From assembly GCF_009914755.1 (NCBI RefSeq), contig NC_060929.1: DNA of 64,000 nt; one strand, written 5' to 3'. The position numbers and the translations under genes are program-made. Origin of the DNA: the human T2T-CHM13v2.0 reference genome, Homo sapiens. The notes under the pieces are model-generated. The model was not told where the DNA came from, ran no database searches, and saw only the letters and a program-made list of their open reading frames with translations. Below, in pieces: positions 1 through 14,940 of this stretch; the stretch's first letter is position 1, and each line of letters starts with the position of its first letter.

Positions 1-1070
1 ATGTTGGCTGTGGGTTTGTCATAGATGGCTCTTACTATTTTGAAGTATGTTCTTTCAATACCTAGCTTATTGAGAGTTTTTACATGGATTGATGTTGAAT
101 TTTATCAAAAGCCTTTTCTTCATCTATTGATATAATTATGTGGTTTTTGTCTTTAGTTCTGTTTATGTGATTCATCACATTTGTTGATTTGCATATGTTG
201 AACCAAACTTGCATCCTGGGAATGAAGCCTACTTGATCATGGTGAATTAGCTTTTTGATGTGCTGCTGGGTTTGGTTTGCAAGTATTTTGTTGAGGATTT
301 TTGTGTTGACATTCATCAAGGATATTGGCTTGAAGTTTTGTTTTTTTTGTTGTTACTTCTGCCAGGTTTTGGTATCAGGATAATGTTGACTTCATAGAAT
401 TAGGTGTGGAGGAGTTCCACCTCCTCAGTTTTTTGGTATAGTTTTAGTATGAATGGTACCAGCTTTTCTTTGTACATTTCGTAGAATTTGGCTGCGAATC
501 CATCTGGTTCTATGCCTTTTTTGGTTGGTATGCTATTCATTACTGATTGAATTTCAGAGCTCATTATTAGTTTGGTCAGGGAATCATTTCTTCCAGGTTC
601 AGTCTTGGGAGGGTGTATGTGTCCAGGAATTTATCCATCTCTTGTAGGTTTTGTAGTCTGTGTGCATAGAGGTGTCCATAGTAGTTTCTGATGGTTATTT
701 TTATTTCTGTGGGGTCAGTGGTAACATCTCCTTGGTCATTTCTAATTGTGTTTATTTGTATCTTCTCTCTTTTCTTTTTTATTAGTCTAGCTGGCAGTCT
801 GTCTGTCTTACTAATTTTTTCAAAAGACCAACTCCTGGATTCGTTGATCTTTTGAATGGTTTTGTGTGTCTCAATTTCTTTCATTTCAGCTTTGATATTT
901 GTTATTTTTTATCTTCTGCTAGCTTTGGGGTTTATTTGTTCTTGCTTCTCTGATATTTTCCATTATGATGTTAGGTTGTTAATTTGAGATCTTTCTAACT
1001 TTTGATGTGGACATTTAGTGCTGTGAATTTCCCTCTTAATGCTGCCTTAGCTATGTCCCAGAGATTTTGC
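1..1070 (-). mobile_element. LINE-1 ORF2 fragment (old primate L1PA/L1PB type), degenerate
   Basis: Minus-strand ORFs 80..319 (KILNKILAN...HHDQVGFIP...KAFDKIQH) and 576..884 ([15 protein letters not shown]...[14 protein letters not shown]) are L1 ORF2 peptides, broken by stops. Confidence 0.95.
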
Positions 1071-1242
1071 TAAAGCATACCTACTTTTGTTAGATCCTAT
1101 GGCCCTAGGTTAGGGATCAACAAACTATGGCCATCCCCACAGGTGAAATCCAGACCTCTCCATGCTTCTTTAAATAAAGTTTTATTGGATTATAGCCATA
1201 AATCCTCTCAATTGCATATTGCCAGTAGTTGCTTTCCCACTG

Positions 1243-1898
<656 letters not shown>

Positions 1899-2132
1899 TA
1901 CATTATCAGACTTGAGTAGTTGTGACAGAGACCATATGGTCCACAAAGCCTGAATTATGTACTAATCCTTTAAGGAAATCCTTTAAGGAAAAGGTTGGCC
2001 ATATGATCTGCCTCCAGTCATACAGTCTGATTGCAGTTAATTTATTATAATTTATATGGCACCAAGGAATTGTTATCAAGTTAGTCAGAAATTTCTGAAG
2101 TTTATCATTAAATTTGCTGTCTCTCTCTGTAG

Positions 2133-2250
2133 ATCCAAACACCATCTGGCACTGTCTGTGAAGAGGCTTTGGCAGTATTTGGTGAAGCAGGAAGAAATTC
2201 AGGAAACCTTTATCAAAAATATATTCACAAAGAAACGGTGTCTAAATGAG
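2133..2250 (+). CDS. DMXL1: DMXL1 coding exon A (118 nt): (R)SKHHLALSVKRLWQYLVKQEEIQETFIKNIFTKKRCLNE
   Basis: Acceptor ctctctctgtAG at 2131-2132, donor GAG|gtctgt at 2251; overlaps ORF 2056..2265; phase 2 in, phase 0 out. Confidence 0.93.
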
Positions 2251-2617
2251 GTCTGTATAAGTTAAAACCTGTTTACTATTTTATTATTGAAGTCTTTTAT
2301 ATTATCATGTAACCATTAAAATGAGTTGTATTTTACAGATTTTTTGAAAACACGTATCATAAACATAGGCAATTAATGCTTAGAACAGTGTAATTTATAA
2401 AAGGGGCAGTATTTTCATAAATCAATTTAATTAATTCAAATGTATTTGGGACTTTTTTCTCGATAAAAATGTTTAATATTCCGCATCTTGTTTTGAATTG
2501 TCATGATCATCAATTTAAGAGACAAGATAGAAATTTTCTATGATTTTCATGTGACAGTTAAAAGAAGTCTATCTTAGAAGTTTAATTGTAACTTAGAAGT
2601 TTAATTGTATACTGAAA

Positions 2618-3252
<635 letters not shown>

Positions 3253-5647
3253 AACTTTTTAAATATGTACATTTTCTTTTCTGTGGATTATGCTTAAATT
3301 AATGAAATTTTACAAACCCAAATTAACCTGTAGTGTAACTGGTTGCTTATACCTTGATATTATCATAATGGGTTTTTTTTTTTTTTTGTCATTTAGTTTA
3401 GTGCTAGTAATAAATATCAGTCTGATGATATGGGGAACTTGTTTCTTTCATTGGGTAAGTTTTGTTACTAAAAAGTTCAGGTGAACTGAACAGTAGATGC
3501 AGTGATGTAGTCAATTCTTTTTGTCTCCTGGACTGGTAACGAAGAGTTCAGAACTGACATTTGGTATGTGAACCACATTTTGAGTAGCATTGAACTAGTC
3601 TGAAAGCAAGCTTTGTACAGTTTTTGAAGTTGGAGGAAACACTGAAGATATTTCAGTTGAAGAAATAAATTGAATGGCTTCACAATAGACAAGTAAGCAA
3701 AAAGCAAGATTGACATCTAACCTTTCTACCTTAAAGGAAAATTACATATATATCTCATTGTCTCTCAATTTAAGCACCAATTTTAAGTGGAAACTGTATA
3801 TGCTGTTATTTACTATTTGCCTCATTTTGTAAATATATTCAAATCGACCAAGTCAGGAAATAGTATGTAGTGTTCTTGCTGACTTAGAAGACTTTTGACC
3901 TGAGTACCTTGGTGTAATATTGAAATTTAGACAAACATGAATGTATTTCATTTGTTTATTTGATCTTTTTTTAAAAAAATTGACATATTTGATTAATCTT
4001 AGAAAAATCTTATTTTTCTACTGCCGATATATTTGGGTATTTGGGAAATGAAGTAGTTCTGAAAACAATACAAAAAAACTATTGAGCCATTAGATTGTCT
4101 AGTTGATTCAGGAATAGACTCATTAAAGAAATAGAGTAGTATAGTCAAGCCAGAGTACGTAAACATAGCAAATAATAAGTATAACTACACATTTTAAAAT
4201 TTCTGTTATTCTTTGGAGTTTCATGATATCTCAAGAAAATTTTAAAATTATTTTTATTGTAATTATTTTAATCAGGAGCATGAATATGAATGTTGGACTA
4301 ACAGTTTTGTGACTATCAGTAAGCTGAATATTTTCTCTGAATTTTGTTTTTTTAATGCACAATGACTATAATAGCCCTTACTTTGCAATGTTTTGATAAA
4401 TAGATTTAACTTATTTAAACCTTGACACAATTAATGGTAGTTATTAAAAGTTTGTTGTTATTGCTTTGTTGTTTTATTCTTGATAGTGATACTCTTAAAA
4501 TAGTGTCTTTTTGATAGAGAATATGAAAAGAAAAATGTTACATAGTAAAGCATAGATTTGAATGGAATTAAATAGAATATAGAGTTTGTGTGAAATTAAT
4601 CTTTACCGGAAAGGTTACTAGCCTATTTTTAGTATTAACAAAATCACCTTCCATCTCTTATTTTTCTAAAATGATGATTATGCTTAAATATTTTAGTCAA
4701 AGTCACTGTGATTTTCCAGATGGTTAGGAGATACATATATGACAGGCCCTGTATTTTGGATGGCAGGTGATGGGAGAGTATTCTGAGAACTGCTCTTTCT
4801 TTATTTCTTTATGTGTTTGAAAATGAAATTTTACAGTTTCTTCATCTGACCCTAAAATCCTGGTTTTCTCAGATCTTTTCTTTTCCTGTTTGGTAAAGTT
4901 TACTGGTACCTGTGTTTTAAAATAGAATGTCCTCCCTTTGTATTTAAATAGAAAGTACAGACAACTGCAATTAGATTAAGTCATTCTTAATAAAAAATTG
5001 GGACTTGACAACTCCCATCATTGTTCCCAATTCCTTTTTCTGTTTTTTTTTGTTTTGTTTTGTTTGAGTTTCTGAGAAGAACTAAAAGTCTTGGAACAAC
5101 TCTTTCTTTAACAAGTACTACTATTCCCTTTTAAGAAGTGTATGTGCTTCCCAGCAATTTATTGACTATTTCTGGCTTCATCAGTGGAAGAGAATTAGAT
5201 ACATGTAGAAATTGAAATTTTCTAATCAAGAGATTTTCCTGAAGGTTCAGATGTGGAGATAAGACAAAGCAGCGAGTAAGAGAATAATTCGACTTTGTTC
5301 ATAGTACTCTGACACCAGTAGCTCTGATTATTTTAATATAAAGTATTTTGGTTTCAATCGTGCTTTAATGTCAACATTTCGAAATTGAGTAAAAACTTCT
5401 TAGGGTTAGAATAAAATTTATAGTGGTAGTTAATGAGTTCTGAGGGATTAAGTTTTGCTCATTTCCTAACCATGCACCCTCACACATGCTTCTTATAAGG
5501 TGTATGAAATTTTGAGAATAGTAATTCCATATAATGTTCTTTTCTAGTAAATTTGGTTTAAAATATAGCATTGAAACAATCCCCAGTATTTTGCATGTTA
5601 CATCTCATCTTTACTCTTTGTCATGTGGTTATTCTTTCTTGATGAAG

Positions 5648-5710
5648 TCATTAGAGGACAACAGTGAAACCATCAAAAATTCTATGATGGAGGAGCCAAA
5701 CATCAATAAG
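5648..5710 (+). CDS. DMXL1: DMXL1 alternative cassette exon B (63 nt): SLEDNSETIKNSMMEEPNINK
   Basis: Acceptor ttctttcttgatgaAG, donor AAG|gtacaa; phase 0-0 and open frame (inside ORF 5534..5851). The 21 aa match my recollection of two DMXL1 isoforms that differ by 21 residues. Confidence 0.82.
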
Positions 5711-6332
5711 GTACAAAATATCATTCAACTGAAATTAAAAATTGCATTCTTTCACAAAAGAACAAAGCATTTGCATTTTACTTTTAAACTGGTCTTTGTT
5801 TCCAATGGATTTAAAGTATTGTTCCCTCAAATTATTCTCCTTTTATTTTAACAACTTAAATACTGCAGTTGTAAAAGTGGTTTCTGTTTTGTTAGATAAG
5901 AGAATGCAATTTTAAAGGGAGTTGAATGTATCTTGTTTTGGCTACAAATTTTTCTGAGTAAATACAACTAAAGTTCTTAATACATGTGATTACAATAGCA
6001 ATTGTCTAGTAGTATTGTTTTAATTCTGCAAATATCACTTTTGAAGTTAAAATTCAAATTAGGAATTAATGATACTAAAATTAGGAATTAATGATATTAA
6101 AATTAATGATATTAAAAAATTCAAATTAGGAATTAATATTAATTCCTAAAAATATAGTAAATACTGTTACATAGCATGTATTTTACTGGTAGCAATAGCA
6201 TGTAGCAAAGTGCCTTAAGAGGATACATAGTAAGTACTCATGGTACTTGAGAACCAAAGCACAAAAGATGAGAATCTGTATAATTATGAAAAAACTCCTA
6301 GGCGTCCTGTGATTGCATATTCAACTATGACT

Positions 6333-6635
6333 ATATTTTATTTTATTTTTGAGACGGAGTTTCGCTCTTTTGCCCAGGCTGGAGTGAAGTGTCACAGTCT
6401 TGGTTCAGTGCAACCTCTGCCCCCCAGGTTCAAGCGATTCTCCTGCCTCAACCTCCCTAGTAGCTGGGATTATAGGCGCCCACCACCACACCTGGCTAAT
6501 TCTTTTTGTATTTTTAGTAGAGATGAGGTTTTGCCATGTTGGCCAGGCTGATGTCAAACTCCTGACCTCAGGTGATCCACCTGCCTTGGCCTCCCAAAGT
6601 GCTAGGATTACAGGCGTGAGCCACCGCGCCTGGCC
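6333..6635 (-). mobile_element. AluS
   Basis: Full-length antisense Alu, TSD attcaacta(t/c)gact. Confidence 0.93.
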
Positions 6636-6935
6636 AATTCAACTACGACTTTATGAGGTTAATATTTAACTCATGTTTTTCATATTCTATATTTAAAACA
6701 ATCTCAGCAGTGATTTTTAAGTGAAAAATTGCTCAAAAAAATTTTTAAGGTTACTAATTTCTACCCCTTATTCTTTCCAATGGGAATCCTTTGGTAAAAT
6801 AGGAGAAATAATTCTGTGCAATTAATTAAAAAGCCTGATTTGATATCAGGTGTATATTATAACTAAAACTTTTGCAAAATAAGTCTGTATGTCATTCATA
6901 CTTTCAAACTATCTAGTGGCCTTTGGGGGTTTTGA

Positions 6936-7382
<447 letters not shown>

Positions 7383-7509
7383 TAATAATCATAATGTTGT
7401 ATTTCTATAGTCAGCTTCATGCTACGTCAAAATACAGTCTTTTTGAGGGGAGGGTTAACATCATTTTGGCCAGCATTTTTCCAAGCCCACTGCTATATAG
7501 TTTAAAAAA

Positions 7510-10360
7510 AAAATCTTTGTAAGGTATGCCTGACCTAAAATAACTACATATATTTAAAGTGTACAACTTGTTCAATTTTGGCATGTATATACACTAGCGA
7601 AGCCATCACCACAACCAGGATAATGATTATATCCATCAGTCCCCAGAATTTAATCCCTCCATTTTTTTTTCTCTCCCACCTGTGCCCTCTTCCCCAGGCA
7701 GCTACCAAACTTTTTCCTGGTGTTAAAGATTCATTTGTTGTTTTCTGGAATTTTATGTAAATAGAATCATATAATACATCATTTTTGGTTTATAGTCTGT
7801 GTCCATTGACTTAGCATAATTATTTCAAGATTCATCTATGTTGTGTGTTTTAGTAGTTCATTCTTGTTATTTTGATGCTTATTACATTATATGGATATAC
7901 CATAGTTTATTTACCTGTTAATGAACACTTGAGCTGATTTTATTTTGGACCTATTCCAAATAAGACTGCTTTGAATATTCATGCAAAAGTCACATTTTAT
8001 GGAAAAATGCTTTCATTTCTCTTGTGTAAATGCCTAGGAGTAGAAAGACTGGATCATGTGTAGGTATATGTTAAACGTTTTGTGAAACTATTCAAATATT
8101 TTCCAAGGTGGTTGTACCATTTATGTATATTCTCAATGGATTGTGTACGAAATCCCATTCTATTTTTTTTTTTTTTTTTTAAAAGGCAGGGTCTCACTGT
8201 GTCTCCCAGGCTGGGTGTAGTGGTGTGATTACGGCTCACTGCAGCCTTGACCTCCTGGGCTCAAGCAGTTCTCTTGCCTCAGCCTTCTGAGCAGCTGGGA
8301 CTACAGGCATGCATCACCATGCCCAGCTCAATTTTATTTTTTGTAGAGATGGGGTTTCTCCATGTTGCTCAGGCTGGTCTCAAACTTCTGGGCTCAAGCA
8401 GTCTTCCCACCTCAGCCTCCTGAAGTGTTCGGATTACAGGTGTGACCCACCATGCCCAGCCTTGCATCACATTCTTACCAACAGTTGGTGTGTAGTCTAT
8501 ATTTTCATTTTAACCATTCTAGTAGGTATGTAGTAGTAGTTCATTGTGGTTTTAATTTGCATCAAGCATCTTATCACATGCTTATTTGCCATTTGTCTAT
8601 CTTTCTGCATGAATTGCCTTCAAATCTTATGTTTATTTTGTATTAGGTTGCTTGTTTTCTTGATTCAATTTTAACAGTTATTTGTATGTTCTGGATAAAA
8701 GTAATTTATCAGAAATGTGATTTGCAAATATTTTCTCTTACTCTATGGCTTGTCTTTTCATTCTGTTTACAAGGTGTTTTCATTTTATTTATTTATTTTT
8801 TAAGCAAAGTCTTGCTCTGTTGCCTATGCTGGAGTGCAGTGGTATGATCTTGGCTCACTGCAATCTCCACCTCCTGGGTACAAGCGATTCTCATACCTCA
8901 GGTGTGCACTAACACACCCGGCTAATTTTTATATTTTTAGTAGATGAGTAGACTGGGTTTCACCATGTTACCCAGGCTGGTCTCAAACTCCTGGGCTCAA
9001 GTGATCTGCCCACCTCGGCCTCCTAAAGTGCTGGGATTAGGAGCGTGAACCACCGCAGCCGGCCACAAGTTCTTTTGAAGTGCAGAAGTTCTTAATTTTG
9101 ATGATGTCTAATGTATTAGTTCTGGTTATTCATTTTCTTTTGGGTGTTGTATTTAAGAAATCTTTGCCTAACCTAAGATCACAAAAACTTTCTCCTGTTC
9201 TAAGTGTTTTTGAGTTTCAGTATTACATTTAGGTCTAATCCATTTCAAGTTAATTTGTTTACATGGTGTGAAGTATAGACCTCAGTTCTTTGTTACTGTT
9301 GTTGTTTTTGCATCTGTATGTCAATTGTTACAGCATTATTTCTTGAAAAGATTATCTTTTCTTTCACTAAACTACCTCTTTCACCTTTTCAAAAATCAGT
9401 TGACACAGATGAGTAGGTCTAATTCTGGAGTCTGTTTTGGGCCATTGATCCATCTTTATGGTAATAGCTCACTGTCTTTATCACTATAACCTTATAATAA
9501 ATCATGAAGTCATGTATTGTAAGTCATTCAAATATATTATTCTTCTAAGTTCTTTTTTCTTTTTTCTTTCGTTTTTTTTTTTTTTTTTTTTGCCTTATCA
9601 CTCTGACTTAGAACTTCCAGTCCAATGTTGAATAGAAGTGATCACCAGCAGACATTATTATCTTGTTTCTGATCTTGGGGAAAGCAGTCTTTTATTATTA
9701 AGTATAATGTTTTCTTTAAGTTTGTTGTAGATGCCCTTTATAAGTTTGAGGACGTTTCTTTGCATTCCTACTTTGTTAAGAGTTTTCATAAGGAAAGGAT
9801 GTTGGATTTTATCAAATGATTTTTTTTTTTTTTTTGCCTACTATTGAAATGATCATCCTTTTTTCTTTTTTAGTATGATAGGTTAAGGATTTTTTTAAAA
9901 AATGTTAAACCAATCTAGCATTCCCAGCATAAGCTATACTTGGTCGTGATGTGTTATCCTTTTTATATATAGTTACATTTGATAAAATTTTAAGAATTTT
10001 TACATCTATGTTCATGAGGGATATTGGTTTGTAGTTTTCTTACAATGTTGTTTGTGTTGGTCTCAGATTAGTGCTAGACTCTTAGAATGAATTGACGAAG
10101 GTTCTGTCCTCTTTAATTTTGGGGAATAATTTTTATAGAATTAGTGTTATTTCTGAAGTGTTTGGTAGAATCCTGAAGTTTTTTAAATGACAAATTTAAT
10201 TTCTTTAACAGATGTAGGGCAATTCAGGTTTATCTATTTCTTAAGTCAGTTTTGGTAGTACATGTCTTTCAAGAAGTGTACATTTCATTTATGTTGTCAA
10301 ACTTACTGGCATAAAGTTATCATGTTGCCCTATTAAAATATGTGTAGAATCCATGGTGAT
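7510..10360 (-). mobile_element. Old L1M fragment(s), interrupted by antisense Alus at ~8163-8460 and ~8780-9064
   Basis: T-rich L1 3'-end/ORF2 antisense motifs (gttgaatagaagtg, ggatgttggattttatcaaatg, atgagggatattggtttgtagttttct) and Alu consensus blocks. Confidence 0.8.
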
Positions 10361-10854
10361 GCTGCCTCTCCTTCTTCTGCTATGACTTTGAAAACCAAAT
10401 TATGTCTTCTTTAGTATTTATATTCCCTAATATTTGGGGTATTGACACCATTTTATGTTCACCTGATTGCTTCCTATTTTCTTTCAGTTATGCCTTCGGC
10501 ATTCTTTAGATATCATTTTACTTCATATTTGTGTCATTAGAGTGGCAATGAAGTGTTCCAAGTACACAACCTTATATTGTAGGTTTTAGTAAATGAAAAT
10601 CACTACTGACTACCCAGGGTCTCAGTCACTTTTTCCATGGATCTGCTGTATGACCTTTCACTTCTTCCACTCTTGGAGCCTCATTTACTGACATGTAAAA
10701 TTAGGGCTGATAATTTTAAACCTGTTGCTTCTCTAATTGAAATATTCCGTAGGATCCTGGTGTTAATCTATTGTAACTATCTCTTTCTCCTCCAGCTTCT
10801 AAGGGCAGCTCTGTGGAACCCAAGCAATGTTCAGATCAGTTTCTGCATAATTCC

Positions 10855-11425
10855 TTTTTGTGGTAAAATATAAATAACATAAAAGTTACCATTTTAACCA
10901 TTTGTAAAGCAGCCCAGTGGCCATAAGTACATTTACACTGCTCTGCAACCAACACACCATCCATCTCCAGAACTTTTTCATCCTCTCCAAACTGAAACTT
11001 TGTGCCCGCTAAACAACAGCTCCCCATTCCTCTGGCGCCCACTCCAGGCAACCACCATTCTGCTTTTTGTATCTATGAATTTTACTATCCCTAGGTACCT
11101 CATGTAAATGGAATTGTATAATAGTTATCCTTTTGTGACTAGTTTATTTCACCAAGCATAATGTCTTTGAGGTTCATCCATATTTTAGCATGTGTCAGAA
11201 TTTCCTTTCTTTTTAAGGCTGAATAGTATTCTAATGTATGTTCATACATTTTGTTTATCCATTCGTCAGTTAGTGGACATTTGAGTTGTGTCTGTCTTGG
11301 TTATTGTGAATAATGGTGCTATGAACATTGATATACAAATATCTGAATCTCTGCTTTCAGTTTTTTGGGGTATATACAGAAGTGGAATTGCTAGATCATA
11401 TAGCAATTCTGTGTTTAGTTTTTGA
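10855..11425 (-). mobile_element. L1MB-type 3' end
   Basis: tgtggtaaaatata...accatccatctccagaactttttcatc...gaagtggaattgctagatcatatagcaattct. Confidence 0.82.
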
Positions 11426-11679
11426 TCTGCATAATCTCTTTAAATCTCTTTTAGCGTTAATATTTGGATTCTTTTTTCTTCACATGTCCAGCCCAATCAA
11501 AGCATGAAATCTTTACAGAGTGTGACTTGAAACTTTAGGAGATCTTTTAAGACCATATTCATTGTGATTTTTTTTTTAACTATAATGTTATGTTGTGAGG
11601 CCTTTAACAAATAAAATTACATTCATAGCACATGCAAGTTCTGTCTCTATTTTTAGCTGACTGTATCATGTTCCTAGTT

Positions 11680-13400
11680 CCTTCCCTTCCCAGCTTAGAT
11701 TTCATGATCCATCATGGAATCAATCAGTCACTTGCAAACATCCTTATCCCTGTTCTTCCTACTTGCCTTGAAAATTCCCAAACCTTCTTAAACCCAACTT
11801 TTTGTCCTATTCTGTGCCTGCACTCAAGCAGCTGAACATGTTTGGAGGAAAAGCACAAACCCTGGAGCTTGCCTCACTTTACATTTATTAGCACAAATCC
11901 AAAATTAATATAAAACTACCCTGCAGTCATAATAAATTGCTCTGTAGCAAATTTGTTTTTTCATTTTCATTTTCATACTTTTTCCTTGTTTCCTGAAACT
12001 TCCAGTATTTGTTTCCTACTCCCCACAGATCAATATATTTTGCTGTCAAAATAAGTGTAGTCAGCAGTGATTTAGCCTAACCTGCCCATCATCATCTAAT
12101 TTCTGCTCTGTATGCAGATATTTTCTTCTGCCTCCTCTAACAGAGTGAACTGTTACCCTTTTTGTTCAAGGCCAGAACTTTCACTTGTGCACAGTTCTTA
12201 TCTGCTTTCACCTACCCAAGAACTTGTCTTCAGTTCTTAATAACTGAAGCCCATCTCCCTCTCTCCTTGTCAATAAATGTTTACCTCTCTCAAATTATTC
12301 TCATTAGCATGAGCAAATATATTTTAATGTTTTGCCTTTAAAAAATACTCCATTTCTCTAGTCTCCTATGTAGCAAAATTCACTTAGAGTTGCCTATAAA
12401 GTCCTTCAAGATTTAAACAATAATGTTGAAACACCATAAACAAACCACCCAGCTTAAGAAATAAAACATTATCAATTCAGTTGAATGTCTCTGTGATCCT
12501 TTCCCCGTGGACTCCCCTTCTTATTCACCAGATATCACATTCTCTCTAATTTGGTTATTATCTCCAGCCCACTCCACTGAGATTGTCCTAGACACAGTCA
12601 CCACTGACTTCCAGTATACTAAATTTAGTAGTCAATTATCTATCTTCATATGATTCAACTTCTTAATAATCATTTGGTAGTGTTGACGCATAACATTTTT
12701 CTAAAATTGTTTCCTCACTTAGTTTCCATAATATCAAACTAATCTATTTCTTATATTAGCTAATTGATAACTACTGAATTGTCCTTTTTCCCATCCTTGA
12801 AATATTGGTTGCCCCAGAATTCAGTTCTCTAACTTTTTATCTTTCCTGTCTTTACTCTCTCCTTGGGTTATCTTACGGTTTAAATATTAATATAATTTGT
12901 ATGCTGACAACTCTCAAATCTCTCTCAACTAATTTCCCGAACTCCAGACATTGCCTGCTCCGAACCTACTCCCTACTGTTTCCTTCACTTCTGTCCATCT
13001 CAGTAAATGGTACCTTTACTCACCCACCTATCAGGCCTGACACTAGGATTCATCCTTTTTCTTTCCTTCTTTTATTCACACTATGATTACAGTCCATTAA
13101 CAAAATGTATCCCAATTCCAGCCACTTATCACTATCACCATTCCTACTGCCCTAATCCAACCCACTATGATCTCTCACTTCAGCTACTGTAGTCGCCTTT
13201 TAACTGGTTTTCTGATAGTCATTCTCAAACCCTTTATGTTTTATCTCACAGTAGCCTGGCTTTTCAAAATCCACCAATGGTTTCGCTGCCTTAGAACAGG
13301 ATTTGAACTCTTTATTATGTCTTTTAAGGCCCTGCAAGAACTGAACCTCTACCTTTATCTCCAATCTTATCTTCTGCCACTTATGGTCATTCACAAATTT
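11680..13400 (+). mobile_element. Degraded L2 LINE fragments
   Basis: Pyrimidine-rich L2-like motifs (ccactccactgagattgtcc..gtcaccactgacttcc; catctcagtaaatggtacc; cttttaaggccctgc). Confidence 0.55.
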
Positions 13401-14111
13401 AATTTAAGACTTCTGAGATACCACTATTTCTTTGACCCACCCCCATGACATTCTGATTATGTATCTGACATGGGGTTCAGAGTATTTGTATTTAAAAAAA
13501 AATCACCTCAGTTGATTCTTATTCAGGTTATCTTGACACCACCTTACTGAGAAACAATGTTTTTAGTAAATAATGAGGACAGGAATGTATTCCTACATAG
13601 AGAAAGGTTTTTTGAAGTTCATACCTGCAGGAGCTTTCTTCCCAAACTTTACATGTAAAGTTCGAAAAAGCTCCCCAGGTGAAACTGGTATGATGCCCTA
13701 TCCAACCATTACCAGCAAGTGGCACATCCCTCTATTCCATGGAGCCATCATCTTTCTCTGTCGCCAATTTCTTCAAAACCTAAGAATGAACATTTAGTAT
13801 ACTTTAGATGCCAGGCAGATTGGTGGGTAAGTTGGAATTTTGTCATAAAATTATGGAATTTGACTTGTACATCATTAACGGATGATCGGCGTTTTGTAGT
13901 CAGAGCTGAGACTTTCCTTAGAAGACAAGTTGATCCTCAAGTCAGCCAGAATGTTCAGCGAATACTGAAATTCTTCCTAAGCAAGTTATACTTTAGATTA
14001 GAATATATTTGACTCTTTATATCTGGCAACTGATTTTTGTTTGTGTAGGGATATTTTGGTTTGGTTATCTTGTAGGTCTCTTTGAACTTTCCAATTGAAC
14101 AGTGATCTTAA

Positions 14112-14445
<334 letters not shown>

Positions 14446-14629
14446 CTTAGTTGCTATTTTTAAAACACTGCATATTCTGATCCATTCTGTGGTCAATGGC
14501 CGGGCATTGGTGATATTTCTATCAAAATTTTGCAGTAAGTAAATTTATTGTATGCTGATTTCAGATAATTTATGCATTTCACAATAAGTCTGAAAACCTA
14601 ATTCATTTTAAAAGATTGAAAGTTAGAAT

Positions 14630-14908
14630 GGCTGGGTGTGGTGGCTCACGCCCATAATCCCAGCATTTGGGAGGCCAAGGTGGCCAAATCACCTGAAGTC
14701 TGGAGTTCCAGACCAGCCTGGCCAAAATGGTGAAACCCTGTCTCTACTAAAAATACAAAACTTAGCCCGGTGTGGTGGCAGGTGCCTGTAATCCCAGCTA
14801 CTTGGGAGTCTGGAGCAGGAGAATTGCTTAAACCTGGGAGGCAGAGGTTGCAGTGAGCTGAGACTGTGGGCCACTGCCCTCCAGCCTGGGCGACAAGAGC
14901 ATCCATCT

Positions 14909-14939
<31 letters not shown>
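14630..14939 (+). mobile_element. AluS with ~30-nt pure A tail
   Basis: Full-length Alu consensus. Confidence 0.94.

Positions 14940-14940
<1 letters not shown>

Noticed and set aside
80-884. Reverse-transcriptase-like ORFs
   Set aside because: Fragmented L1 ORF2 with stops; not an intact retroelement or a novel RT system.
1964-2610. Short direct duplications (aatcctttaagga x2 near 1965-1990; cttagaagtttaattgta x2 near 2573-2609)
   Set aside because: Ordinary slippage duplications with no evidence of function.
4720-4766. AG...GT-bounded 47-nt segment starting with ATG
   Set aside because: Short pyrimidine tract, weak donor (gtgatg), frameshifting, no other support.
6048-6150. Repeat array superficially like CRISPR repeats
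   Set aside because: No unique spacers, eukaryotic context, no cas genes; a slippage-derived array.
13527-13826. 300-nt AG/GTAAGT-bounded candidate exon and ORFs 13573..13797 / 13719..14012
   Set aside because: Early in-frame stop, acceptor lies in MER5-like sequence, no protein similarity recognised.
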